Shown here: piece after piece, positions 40,501 to 49,414 of the stretch
How the letters are laid out: each line of letters starts with the position of its first letter
Position numbering within the stretch: the stretch's first letter is position 1
DNA from: an uncultured Alphaproteobacteria bacterium
GTDB lineage: Bacteria; Pseudomonadota; Alphaproteobacteria; Rhizobiales; Beijerinckiaceae
Length of the DNA: 64,000 bases
Direction: 5' to 3'
NCBI GenBank assembly: GCA_963775575.1
Contig: CAVZJG010000003.1
Location: forward strand, 492,963 to 556,962
Program-made: the position numbers and the translations under genes
The notes under the pieces: model-generated
The model's input: only the letters and a program-made list of their open reading frames with translations
What the model was told of the DNA's origin: nothing
The model's database searches: none

Positions 40501-41845
40501 GCTGGAGGCCGGATGGAAGGCCGACGCCGCGATTCAGGGGCTGGGCCGGACGAACCGCACCAACCAGGCGCAGCCGCCGCTGTTCCGGCCGATCGCGACC
40601 AACGTGAAGGCGGAGAAGCGCTTCCTCTCCACCATCGCCCGCCGTCTCGACACGCTGGGCGCGATCACCCGCGGCCAGCGTCAGACCGGCGGTCAGGGGC
40701 TGTTTCGCCCCGAGGACAATCTGGAGAGCCACTATGCGCGCGACGCCCTGCGCCAGCTCTATCATCTGCTGGTCAAGGGCAAGATCGAGGGTTGCTCGCT
40801 CGGGCTGTTCGAGGATACGACCGGGCTGAGGCTCACCGACTCGAACGGCATCAAGGACGAACTGCCGCCGATCACGACCTTCCTGAACCGGTTGCTGGCG
40901 CTCACCATCGACCTGCAGAACGTGTTGTTCACGGCGTTCGAGCAATTGCTGACCGCCCGCATCGAAGGCGCGATCGCCAGCGGCGCCTATGACGTCGGGC
41001 TGGAGACGCTGCGGGCCGAGAGCTTCATCGTCACCGACAGGCGCACGATCTATTCCCATCCCGGCACGGGCGCTGAGACCCGGCTGCTCACCGTCACGCA
41101 GCGCGAGCGCAACCGGCCGGTGACGCTCGTTGAGGCCCTGGATCGTCGCTCCGACCGCCGCGCCGTGTTGGTGATCAATGAGCGCTCTGGCCGGACGGCC
41201 GTGCAGGTCCCCGCGCCCAGCCTCATGCTCGACGACGGCGAGATCGAACGGCGCGTGCGGCTCATCCGTCCGATGGAAGCGCACAACGTCCCGCTGAAGA
41301 TGATGGCGGAAAGTCATTGGGTCGAGGCTGACCGCGAGGCTTTCGCCGCCGCGTGGCAAGCAGAGCTTGCCGACGTGCCGGAGTTCACGGACAGCACGAT
41401 CCACATCGTCGCCGGGCTGCTGTTGCCGATCTGGAAACGACTGCCAAACGAAGGCGCGCGGGTTTACCGGCTCCAGACAGATTCCGGCGAACGCATCATC
41501 GGCCGCAGGGTCTCGCCCGCGTGGGCCGCGGGCGCGGCAGCGACGGGCGCGCCCGCGTTGACGCCGGACCAGGCGTTCGCCGCGCTGATGGACGGTGGCG
41601 CCATCCTCAACCTCGCCGAAGGACTTCAGCTCCGCTGCGTCCGCGTCATGGGCGCGAGCCGCATCGAATTGTCGGGCTTCACCGACGCGATGCGCGATCG
41701 GCTGCGCGCCGATGGCCTCTTCCATGAGATCATCTCATGGAAGCTTCGGATGTTCGTTCCGACCGACGCCAGCGGCGTCGCCATCCTGGCGAAGCTGCTG
41801 GAGCGCTACGCAATCGAGCGCGTCGCGGACCGCGGGGCCGCCTGA
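37511..41845 (+). CDS. N6-adenine methyltransferase fused to a strawberry-notch-like helicase (1444 aa)
   Basis: LEPSAGTGLL and VLMNPPF (SAM and NPPF motifs), then GDGAGAGKGRQ (P-loop), IIFDESHAMQNA (DExH), and a Sbno-type C-terminal domain. Confidence 0.9.
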   Translation: MLTSSATAAACAAAPFSAMPASTALAARIADAARLLLPDLERGRRIDAATLRAAMERAFGGSDAEGAWDWKTAYDACEAATVLFLRKFGPAIRLHAASPAAMLPMLAKIAGLLPTHTRRSEESQALQQFSTPVALGLAASAAAAITSADRVLEPSAGTGLLAILAELAGGALVLNELAGARAALLGHLFPGVTVTRFDAAQIDDHLDADNTPSVVLMNPPFSAMAHVDRHMADATLRHINSALARLAEGGRLVAITAASFAPDNPVWTDAFVRLQQRGRVVFSAAIDGAVYAKHGTTIDTRLTVIDKRPADDPTLFPTSPGIAPDAATLLSWVMQHIPTRLPIAAAVAVSPVARPAIPRTARAYAMRPSSIPASTVEPEAIELAYETVDWTPAEGGGITDALYEEYGLQSIRISGSQAHPTRLVQSAAMASVAPPKPSYRPHLSANIVSGGLLSDAQLESIVYAGEAHSDFLAGSWMVDAAFDVVSAAREDAENAFRFRRGWFLGDGAGAGKGRQVAGILLDNWLKSRRRAVWVSKSDKLIEDAQRDWSALGMERLLVTPLSRFRQGTPIRLTEGILFATYATLRSDERGEKASRVKQIVEWLGSDFDGVIIFDESHAMQNAVGGKGERGDQAASQQGRAGLRLQHALPNARVVYVSATGATTVHNLAYAQRLGLWGGEDFPFATRAEFVEAIEAGGVAAMEVLARDLKALGLYASRSLSYEGVEYELLEHQLTDEQIRIYDAFAGAFSIIHNNLAAAMEAANITGETGTLNAQAKSAARSAFESAKQRFFNHLITAMKTPSLIRSIERDLEAGRAAVIQIVSTGEALMERRLAEIATEEWGDVQVDITPREYVLDYLAHSFPVQLYEPFTNSEGNLSSRPVYREGQPVECREAVARRDRLIEKLASLAPVPGALDQIVQRFGADVVAEVTGRSRRIIRKGDRLMVENRAGSANLGETQAFMDDVKRILVFSDAGGTGRSYHAERSAKNRRLRVHYLLEAGWKADAAIQGLGRTNRTNQAQPPLFRPIATNVKAEKRFLSTIARRLDTLGAITRGQRQTGGQGLFRPEDNLESHYARDALRQLYHLLVKGKIEGCSLGLFEDTTGLRLTDSNGIKDELPPITTFLNRLLALTIDLQNVLFTAFEQLLTARIEGAIASGAYDVGLETLRAESFIVTDRRTIYSHPGTGAETRLLTVTQRERNRPVTLVEALDRRSDRRAVLVINERSGRTAVQVPAPSLMLDDGEIERRVRLIRPMEAHNVPLKMMAESHWVEADREAFAAAWQAELADVPEFTDSTIHIVAGLLLPIWKRLPNEGARVYRLQTDSGERIIGRRVSPAWAAGAAATGAPALTPDQAFAALMDGGAILNLAEGLQLRCVRVMGASRIELSGFTDAMRDRLRADGLFHEIISWKLRMFVPTDASGVAILAKLLERYAIERVADRGAA

Positions 41846-41846
41846 G

Positions 41847-42887
41847 ATGGCCCGCGATGCAGCCGAACTGGCGCGTCGTCTCGCGCGCGATGCCGAGACG
41901 GTGTGCCGATACTATCTTTCCAACGGTCGCCTCGAGGGCCGCTATTGGCTGGTCGGCGACGTTCGCAACACACCCGGCCGCTCCTTGTTCGTTCGGTTGA
42001 AGGGGCCGGAGACCGGCAAAGGCGCAGCCGGCAAATGGACCGACGCCGCCACCGGCGAGCACGGCGATCTCCTCGACGTTATCCGCGAGAGCCGCGGCCT
42101 TGCCGACTTCCACGACGTCGCCGACGAGGCCCGGCGCTTCCTCAGCCTGCCGCGACCGGAGCTGGACCGAGTTTCGACGCGTCGATCAGCTCCGGCGCCG
42201 GCGGGATCGTCGGAATCGGCGCAGCGGCTGTTCGCGATGTCGCAGCCGATTTTGGCCACAGTCGTAGAAACGTATTTGCGCAATCGCGGCGTTACTGCTT
42301 TGCAAGGAATCGGAAGCCTGCGCTTTCATCCCCGCTGCTACTATCGCCCGGACGCCTGGTCGCCGACCGAGACCTGGCCGGCGATGATCGCCGCGGTCAC
42401 CGATCTCGACGGCAAGATCACCGGAGCGCATCGCACCTGGCTCGACCCTTCTGGCGACGACAAGGCGCCAATCGACACGCCGAGGCGAGCGATGGGCCAT
42501 CTCTTAGGGCACGCCGTCCGCTTCGGCGTGGCAGGCGAAGTGATGGCGGCCGGCGAAGGCATCGAAACCATGCTGTCGCTCAGATGCGTCATCCCCACCA
42601 TGCCGATGGCGGCGGCGCTCTCGGCCGCGCATCTCGCCGCCATCCTGTTCCCGGAGACGCTGCGCAGGCTCTACATCGCTCGCGACGACGATCCGGCTGG
42701 CGACAGCGCGATGGCGACTCTGATCGACCGAGCGCAGGAGACCGGGATCGAGGCGCTCCCACTCTCGCCGCGGCTCGGAGACTTCAACGAAGATCTTCGC
42801 ACGCTCGGCATTGACGCCCTTCGGGCGGCCATCCGGGTTCAGGTCGCGCCGCAGGACGTCGCGCGCTTCATGGAATTGGCGGCGTGA
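41847..42887 (+). CDS. Toprim-domain (primase-like, DUF7146) protein
   Basis: ATG lies 1 nt after the upstream stop. Contains AAGEGIETMLS and YIARDDDPAGD (Toprim E...DxD). Confidence 0.8.
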   Translation: MARDAAELARRLARDAETVCRYYLSNGRLEGRYWLVGDVRNTPGRSLFVRLKGPETGKGAAGKWTDAATGEHGDLLDVIRESRGLADFHDVADEARRFLSLPRPELDRVSTRRSAPAPAGSSESAQRLFAMSQPILATVVETYLRNRGVTALQGIGSLRFHPRCYYRPDAWSPTETWPAMIAAVTDLDGKITGAHRTWLDPSGDDKAPIDTPRRAMGHLLGHAVRFGVAGEVMAAGEGIETMLSLRCVIPTMPMAAALSAAHLAAILFPETLRRLYIARDDDPAGDSAMATLIDRAQETGIEALPLSPRLGDFNEDLRTLGIDALRAAIRVQVAPQDVARFMELAA

Positions 42888-43215
42888 TCCGGAACTGTGC
42901 TGTGGGATCGGCGGCGGCGCCGATTTCGCGTCGTGTCGGATTGCGCGGCCTACCCTGGTCGGAGAGGACCGCGCCCACGGCCTTCTGAGAGGGCGACATT
43001 TGCGGCAAACGGCCCGGCCCGGCAATGGCTTCGCCCGGCTATTTTCCGCCGCCCCTTCGGGACTTTGCAGCGCGAAACAAAATAGCCGGTCTCCGCCATC
43101 CTCCGCTTCGCTTCGGCCCTTCGCTTCGCTCCGGGTGCAGGTCCGGTCCGCCCGCCGCCTTTCGTCGCCACGAAGGCCGCGATGGGCGCGGCCGATCCGA
43201 CGAAGGAAAGCATCG

Positions 43216-44154
43216 ATGACAACCGACCACGACGACGCCGGCTACGAACCGCCGCACGCCTCATCCCCGACCGATCACGTCCTCGCCGAACTTCAGCTCT
43301 ACGGCTACCGCCCCTTCCAAGACGAGCCCGACCCGAGACCGCTGCCCGAAGCTCAGACCGTCGCCGGCGCCGTCGCCGACATCTTCGACGCTCTAGTCGC
43401 TAGCCTTGGCGACACCCGCCTCGAACCCGACCTCGAGAATCTGCTCTGGTCGAGCGTCAACATCTTCCACCGCGCCGTCGGCCGGATCGAACGGGAACTC
43501 GACGACAACGAGCAGGCGCAGCGTCGCAGCCAGAAGGAACAGGACGGCTCGGAAATCCGCTCGGTCGAACTGGAGCGCCTCACGGCGGAGGGACAAACGC
43601 TCATCGAGCGCAGGAACAGCATGGAGTTCTTCCGCGACCAGGCCGCCGAACAATTCGGGCGCCACACCGGCTCATCCTGGCGGCCGCGCTCAGGCTCGAA
43701 AGTCAACCACCGCACGCTGACCTCGGCCATGATCGACAGCCGCGACTTCCTCGCCGCCAAGCGCCGGGCCGAAAACGAAGTGCTATTGCCCGCGGGACCC
43801 AAGATCGCCTTCACCGGCGGGTTCGACTTCAACGATCACAAGCTGATCTGGGACAGGCTCGACAAGGTCCACGCCAAGCACCCCGACATGGTGTTGCTGC
43901 ACGGCGGATCGCCCAAGGGCGCCGAACTGATCGCCGCCAAATGGGCCGAAAACCGTGAGGTGCCGCAGATCGCCTTCAAGCCCGACTGGACGAAGCACGC
44001 CAAGGCCGCGCCGTTCAAACGCAACGACCAGATGCTCGAAATCCTGCCGATCGGGGTCATAGTCTTCCCCGGCACCGGCATTCAGGAAAACCTCGCCGAC
44101 AAAGCCAAAATGCTCGGCATCCCGGTTTGGAGGTTCGGCAATGGCGGCGCGTGA
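43216..44154 (+). CDS. DUF2493 (SLOG-fold) domain protein
   Basis: The C-terminal part is MVLLHGGSPKGAELIAAKWAENREVPQIAFKPDW...PFKRNDQML. Start MTTDHDD at 43216. Confidence 0.75.
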   Translation: MTTDHDDAGYEPPHASSPTDHVLAELQLYGYRPFQDEPDPRPLPEAQTVAGAVADIFDALVASLGDTRLEPDLENLLWSSVNIFHRAVGRIERELDDNEQAQRRSQKEQDGSEIRSVELERLTAEGQTLIERRNSMEFFRDQAAEQFGRHTGSSWRPRSGSKVNHRTLTSAMIDSRDFLAAKRRAENEVLLPAGPKIAFTGGFDFNDHKLIWDRLDKVHAKHPDMVLLHGGSPKGAELIAAKWAENREVPQIAFKPDWTKHAKAAPFKRNDQMLEILPIGVIVFPGTGIQENLADKAKMLGIPVWRFGNGGA

Positions 44155-44561
44155 GCGCCGCCGCAACTCTGCGGAGACGCAAACCCGCGCATCCATAGAA
44201 GCGTATTCCCGCGTTTACTCAAAGCCGCATTTCAGTCCGGATTGCACATGACGCCAACCCGGGCCACGCCCGTGTAGCGCTCTGGGCCGGCCATCCCGCC
44301 GTTCGATCGCGAGGACTTTCTTCGCGTGGCGCCATTCGCTGCCGGCAAACGCCGCCAACACATCCACAACCAACAGTTCCGCAATGCAGCCGGGAGCTCA
44401 CGTCCTGATTCGAGCCGGCCTCGCTTACGACACGCCGGATCAGGCGAAATGTGCAGCGGCGCCGGATTCCAAACCCTCGACACTTGGGCTATCGTGAAGC
44501 CCGCGCCGTGGTGGTGGTGGAAGGCGCGGCCGTCTGACCTTTTGTCACGAAGGCTTCCACC

Positions 44562-45038
44562 ATGCTTATTCCAGGCATCGTTCTCAGCGTTGTCGGCGTC
44601 GGCTTCTTCTGCTGGCTGCTGTTCACGCTGGCCGTCTACGCGCTCCCCTTCTTCGCGGGGCTGACCATAGGTCTCGACGCCTTCCACGGCGGCTCGGGCG
44701 TTATCGGCGCGCTTGTCATTGCCGTCTTGGCCGGCGGCGCAATCCTGGCGATCGGACAGATCGCTTTCGCATCGGCGCCAACGCCGCTCATCCGCGCCGT
44801 AATCGCGCTCGTCTATGCCGTGCCGGCGGCTACCGCCGGCTATCACGCCACGCTCGGACTCGCGCTCGTCGCCGTCCCCTCCGAAGGCTGGCGCGAGGCG
44901 TTCGCCGTTGTCGGCGCCATTCTCGTCGGCGGCACGGCTTTCGCCCGCATGTTTTTGTTCGTCCCGCCGACGGTCGGGCGGCGCGTTGCAGGCCCGGTTC
45001 AATCATTGCCTCTGGCGCCAGCGGTCAGCGAGAGCTGA
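44562..45038 (+). CDS. hypothetical membrane protein (158 aa)
   Basis: Four to five hydrophobic segments and an ATG start. Confidence 0.5.
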   Translation: MLIPGIVLSVVGVGFFCWLLFTLAVYALPFFAGLTIGLDAFHGGSGVIGALVIAVLAGGAILAIGQIAFASAPTPLIRAVIALVYAVPAATAGYHATLGLALVAVPSEGWREAFAVVGAILVGGTAFARMFLFVPPTVGRRVAGPVQSLPLAPAVSES

Positions 45039-45673
45039 GCCCGCGCCGTCCTCGTCGCTCGGTTGGATATCGGCGCCACGACCGCTCGTCCGCGCGATCG
45101 AGAACGTCGCCGCACTTGGAGCGCTCGGGTCCGTCAGCGCCTCTGAGCCCGCCGAGATGCGTTCCAGCGGCAGGGTCGTTGTCGTCGTCCCGGTTGGAAC
45201 AGATCAGGGCGCCATCCTTTCTATCCGCCACGGCTCCTTTTTCTTCGCCTGGTAGGCCGGACCTCTTGTGCGCGGCGCTCGACGTCCGCCACGTCTTTTC
45301 CTGAGGATGCTGTTCGGCGCGCGGACCACACGGCCTCTCTATGGCTTGATCTGGCCGAAGGACGGCTTCGCCTCGATCGCCTGAGCCGCAACGGCGCCGG
45401 ATCGACTTTCTTCCCCTGGGCTTGCCACCCCGCGGGGCAGGCCCCGTGGGGACCCCGGTTCGCCCATTCCTCGCGAGGCAAGAAAGCATGCCCCCGCGAA
45501 GGCGGGGGTCTCCCCTTCGCCATCCTCCGCTGCGCTCCGGCCCTTAGGCCACCCCATCGCGAAAAAGCGCGACGAGGACCCTGGCCGTCGGGTGCGGCGT
45601 CGATCGCCTTCGGCTTCCCGATCGCCATCGAGGCCGCGGTGGTCGCGAGCCCGAAAGCTCTAGGAGAAGTGTC

Positions 45674-45997
45674 ATGGCTAACATCGGTTCCTTCAAGAAG
45701 TCCGGCAGCGAGTTCCAGGGCGAGATCGTCACCCTGAGCGTCCAGGCCAAGGGCGTCCGCATCGTCCCCGAGACCAACCGGGCCAACGACAACGCCCCCA
45801 GCCATCGGATCTATGTCGGCCGCGCCGAGATCGGGGCCGCCTGGTCGAAGCGCTCCAGCGAGGGCCGCGACTATCTCTCGGTCAAACTGGACGACCCGAG
45901 CTTCAACGCGCCGATCTACGCCAACCTCTTCGACGACGAGGACGGCGAAGGCTACACCCTCATCTGGTCCCGCAGCCGCAAGGCCAACGGCGACTGA
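45674..45997 (+). CDS. DUF736 protein
   Basis: MANIGSFKKSGSEFQGEIVTLSVQAKGVRIVPE...YLSVKLDDPSFNAPIYANLF is a typical DUF736 sequence. Confidence 0.9.
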   Translation: MANIGSFKKSGSEFQGEIVTLSVQAKGVRIVPETNRANDNAPSHRIYVGRAEIGAAWSKRSSEGRDYLSVKLDDPSFNAPIYANLFDDEDGEGYTLIWSRSRKANGD

Positions 45998-46451
45998 GCC
46001 GGACCTGCAAACGCTCCGCCCGGTCCTCCGGGCGGGGCTTTCCCGTCTTCACGGTCTTTCGCCGACCGCGGAGAACAAAACAGCGGCGCGCTCCCTCGCC
46101 CGCGGTGCTCAAGAAGGCAATACGCGCGCGCAATCGCATGCTCGACGAATTGCGCTCTCGGATCGAGCCAACAAGAACGCGCCGCGACCGCGACGCCCGG
46201 TCGCGCCCTTCGACGCGCGAGCATGACATCAGATCGTCGCGGGGGCGGCGTAACATCGCACCTACTCACCGAGGTGGCCGATGATGGCGTCAATAGCGCC
46301 ACAGCATGGCTGTCACGCTGGTCGCCACTCGCGTTCTCGTTTCGACGAAAGGCTTCGTGCTCTGGCCGCGCCAGGCACAGGAGCGTTTCACCCCAGCGCC
46401 CGTCGGTGTCGCGTTGATTTGCGCGGATCCGGCTTTGCGGAACCGTGGTTT

Positions 46452-46706
46452 TCAGGATTTGCGTTTCGACGCCTTTGCGCCTTCATTGCGCGCCTCGTCG
46501 TCCGGCGTGACCAGATCGATGTGACTGACGCCAAGCGCGCTGGCGAGATGAAAGAGCGTCACGACAGTCGGGTTGCGCCGTCCCCGTTCCAGATCGCTCA
46601 CATATTGCTGCGTGAAGCCCGAGACCTCGGCGAAACGCTCCTGGGTGAAGCCCTTCTCCCTGCGAAATCTCCCGAAATTCCGGCCCACGAGTTTGCGCAT
46701 GTCCAT
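46452..46706 (-). CDS. XRE-family HTH regulator (QseC-like)
   Basis: GFTQERFAEVSGFTQQYVSDLERGRRNPT. Divergent from the small DUF2285 gene. Confidence 0.85.
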   Translation of the reverse strand: MDMRKLVGRNFGRFRREKGFTQERFAEVSGFTQQYVSDLERGRRNPTVVTLFHLASALGVSHIDLVTPDDEARNEGAKASKRKS

Positions 46707-46724
46707 ATGCGCACGTTGGGGCTT

Positions 46725-46758
46725 TACATACTATGAGGTTTATCTCCTATAATATGTA
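46725..46758. promoter_or_regulatory. imperfect palindrome in the AT-rich divergent promoter region (candidate operator)
   Basis: TACATACTATGAGG-tttatct-CCTATAATATGTA between the XRE gene and the DUF2285 gene. Confidence 0.4.
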
Positions 46759-46870
46759 TTCTCGACCCATGCTCTCGCGCTATCTAAAATAAGGCTAAAC
46801 TTTGGCGAATGTGTCGTAAGCCAGCGCACGTTCGTTGGTGGGAGCCCATTCTTTGTCACGCAGGATCCCA

Positions 46871-47149
46871 ATGCGGAAACCACCGCTCAATTCCGATGTC
46901 GCCGATGTCGCGCCGACCGATCCGGCGCTGGCGACGTACGACGAACAGCACCTGATCACTTACCTGCGGCTTCTCGACGCAGACGCCGAAGGCGCCGATT
47001 GGCGAGAAGTTGCGACGATCGTGTTGCACATCGATCCGGATCGCGAGCCAGGACGCGCACAGCGCGCCTTCGAAAGCCATCTGGCTCGGGCCAAGTGGAT
47101 GATAGAACACGGTTATCGTCATCTGTTGCGCGGCGGAGCGCCGGATTGA
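46871..47149 (+). CDS. small DUF2285-like protein (QseM-like antiactivator candidate)
   Basis: LITYLRLLDADAEGADWREVATIVL...HGYRHLL parallels the C-terminal DUF2285 region of 47499..48080 (LALRALDARNEGATYRTIAEGLF...GGYRKLL). AGGA lies 6 nt upstream of ATG 46871. Confidence 0.65.
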   Translation: MRKPPLNSDVADVAPTDPALATYDEQHLITYLRLLDADAEGADWREVATIVLHIDPDREPGRAQRAFESHLARAKWMIEHGYRHLLRGGAPD

Positions 47150-47263
47150 AGCAGATCGTCGTTCGCGGCGCCGAAGTCGAAATTGTTCGCACCTCAACGA
47201 TCGCTTCTGTGCATCGCGTGATGCACAATTGAGGACTTCCCTCAACTCATCATCGCCAAAATC

Positions 47264-47506
47264 ATGGCGCCGTCATCAATTACCGCTCACGCCGAAAGGG
47301 AAAACGACGCGATGCCCCATTTTGATTGGCGATCACCGGAGACATACGACCGCGCCGCGGAACTCGAGCCGACGGGCCTTGCTTGGGAATGTCTTCGTCG
47401 AAATCCGGATTATCGTCGGGATCATCACGAACTCGCACATTCAGACCCTGAAACCAACGTGAGCGCGATGTTCAGAAAGCGCTGGGGCCTCTGTTTTCGC
47501 CGCTGA
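47264..47506 (+). CDS. DUF6499 ORF, the 5' part of an FseA-like activator
   Basis: DWRSPETYDRAAELEPTGLAWECLRRNPDYRRD. The ORF ends ...KRWGLCFRR*. Confidence 0.75.
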   Translation: MAPSSITAHAERENDAMPHFDWRSPETYDRAAELEPTGLAWECLRRNPDYRRDHHELAHSDPETNVSAMFRKRWGLCFRR

Positions 47507-48080
47507 CCCAGGACTATCTTCGCACGATCAAGCGATATTCTGGGCGCCGGAAGTTCTGCCGACAATTGTTCCAATCGTTCGAACCCTCACCGGCGCCGCC
47601 GAGAATGTCCTCGATCTGGCGGATTTGTTCGCGGACGAGTCACGGCGAGCGTCTGACGGTTGGCATGTTCTTTTCCGCCTTTGCGGGATCGAGCACCGGG
47701 TCTTTTTGAAAGAGGCGCCGGTCATCGGCGAGTCTTACGCCGTCGAACTGCCGTTCGACGATGTCTTCGATATTCGCGTGCATGCCGCGCGCCGTCTCTG
47801 GCGCGCGCTCAATGGGCGTTGTGCTGGCCCGGCTTTCCATCAGCTTTCTCGACAGCGCCGACAGCGGCTGGCGCTGGCGCTCCGCGCCCTTGACGCCCGA
47901 AACGAGGGCGCCACTTATCGGACGATCGCCGAGGGTCTGTTCGGAGCCAAACGCATTCCCGAACGAGCCTGGAAGACCCACGACTTGCGCAACCGGACCA
48001 TTCGCCTTGTGCGAAGTGGTTTGGCGCTGATGCGCGGCGGCTACCGCAAACTGCTGCACCTGTCGCGTCGAAAGCAGTAG
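47499..48080 (+). CDS. DUF2285 region in the +1 frame, the 3' part of an FseA-like activator (probably expressed by +1 frameshift)
   Basis: The +1 frame is open from 47463 and reads FAADPGLSSHDQAIFWAPEVLPTIV... with no ATG or RBS before the conserved part. The track's start at 47625 is a TTG. Confidence 0.65.
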   Translation, partial: AADPGLSSHDQAIFWAPEVLPTIVPIVRTLTGAAENVLDLADLFADESRRASDGWHVLFRLCGIEHRVFLKEAPVIGESYAVELPFDDVFDIRVHAARRLWRALNGRCAGPAFHQLSRQRRQRLALALRALDARNEGATYRTIAEGLFGAKRIPERAWKTHDLRNRTIRLVRSGLALMRGGYRKLLHLSRRKQ

Positions 48081-48221
48081 CGAACCGTTCCCGCTGAGAG
48101 GGGGCGCCACAAATCCACCCCCTCATATTCGGCATCCCCCTTCGCCGTTCTGCTCCGCCAACGTGACCTCCAACGCTCCGCTGACCTCGGCGGCGCTCCA
48201 CGAGATCACGGAGGCCCTCAA

Positions 48222-48506
48222 ATGCCCGATCCCCTGGCCGGTTTGCCGCCGCGCTTTCTCAGAACGCCCGAAGCCGCGCGCTTCCTCGGTCTATCCGGTC
48301 GCACGCTGGAGAAGCACCGCACCTACGGCACGGGTCCGAAGTACCGCAAGATCGGCGGCCGCGTGGTCTATGCGCTCGACGACCTCCAGGCTTGGGCCGA
48401 TGTCGGCGCCAAGAGTTCGACCTCCGATCCCGGCGTCGGAACCGTCTTTCCCGCCAAGCGCCATGGCGCCGTCCCCCTGGCCTATGCCGGCCGGCCGCGG
48501 CGCTGA
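48222..48506 (+). CDS. excisionase-family (MerR-like) HTH protein, RdfS-like RDF candidate
   Basis: FLRTPEAARFLGLSGRTLEKHRTYGTGPKYRKIGGRVVYALDDLQAW. Strong GGAGG RBS. Confidence 0.75.
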   Translation: MPDPLAGLPPRFLRTPEAARFLGLSGRTLEKHRTYGTGPKYRKIGGRVVYALDDLQAWADVGAKSSTSDPGVGTVFPAKRHGAVPLAYAGRPRR

Positions 48507-48511
48507 CTCTC

Positions 48512-49414
48512 ATGTCGAGCAAGCGCGTGTTTCCCCATCATCGCGAGAATTCGGCGCGTGAACAGCTCGATCTGTTCCGCGCGCTTCCCGGCGATCTCGC
48601 GCCGCGCGACGCGCAGGACCTCATGGCCTATCCCTTCTTCTCCCTCGCCAAGTCGAAGCGCCTGGCCCCGATTGATTTCAGGGCGGGCCCGATCTCTATC
48701 CGCGTGGAGGCCGTCCCAGAGCATGGCATGGCGACCATCTGGGACGCCGATGTGCTGATCTGGGCGGCGTCCCAGATCGTCCACGCGCGAGACGCCGGCC
48801 TCAAGACCTCCCGCCTGATGGCGGCGACGCCATACGAGATCCTGACCTTCGTCGGCCGCGGCGCCAGCGCCCGCGACTATCAGCGGCTCAAGGCCGGGCT
48901 CGACCGGCTCCAGTCCACCACGGTCGCGACCTCGATCCGGCAGCCGGCCGAACGTCGTCGTCATCGCTTTTCCTGGATCAACGAATGGAAGGAGACGTCC
49001 GACGCCCACGGCCGCGCGCTTGGGATCGAGATGATCCTGCCCGACTGGTTCTACGTCGGCGTCCTCGATGACGCGCTCGTTCTCACCATCGATCGAGACT
49101 ATTTCGCACTGACCGGCGGCATCGAGCGCTGGCTCTATCGCCTCGTGCGCAAGCATGGCGGCCGTCAGGAATATGGCTGGAGCTTCAACTTCGCCTATCT
49201 GCACGCCAAGTCCGGCAGCCTCTCGCCGATCAAGCATTTCGCATACGACCTGCGCGACATCGTCCGCCGCCAGCCCTTGCCCGGCTACAGCCTGGCGATC
49301 GAGCGCAACGCCTCTGGCGGAGAGCGGCTCGAGTTCAAACCGTCATCCATTAATCCGCTCGCGCAGCCCTTGCGGCGTTTTCAGCGCGCGGCCTGCCCTG
49401 GGGATAACCTGTGA
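48512..49414 (+). CDS. replication initiator protein A (RepA-like)
   Basis: QLDLFRALPGDLAPRDAQDLMAYPFFSLAKSKR... Confidence 0.85.
   Translation: MSSKRVFPHHRENSAREQLDLFRALPGDLAPRDAQDLMAYPFFSLAKSKRLAPIDFRAGPISIRVEAVPEHGMATIWDADVLIWAASQIVHARDAGLKTSRLMAATPYEILTFVGRGASARDYQRLKAGLDRLQSTTVATSIRQPAERRRHRFSWINEWKETSDAHGRALGIEMILPDWFYVGVLDDALVLTIDRDYFALTGGIERWLYRLVRKHGGRQEYGWSFNFAYLHAKSGSLSPIKHFAYDLRDIVRRQPLPGYSLAIERNASGGERLEFKPSSINPLAQPLRRFQRAACPGDNL

Noticed and set aside
45025-45255. A small minus-strand ORF (GTG start after AAGGAG; ...ICSNRDDDNDPAAG...KCGD...) between the membrane-protein gene and the DUF736 gene.
   Set aside because: The SD-start spacing is too short, the composition is Arg/Gly-rich, and there is no recognisable family.
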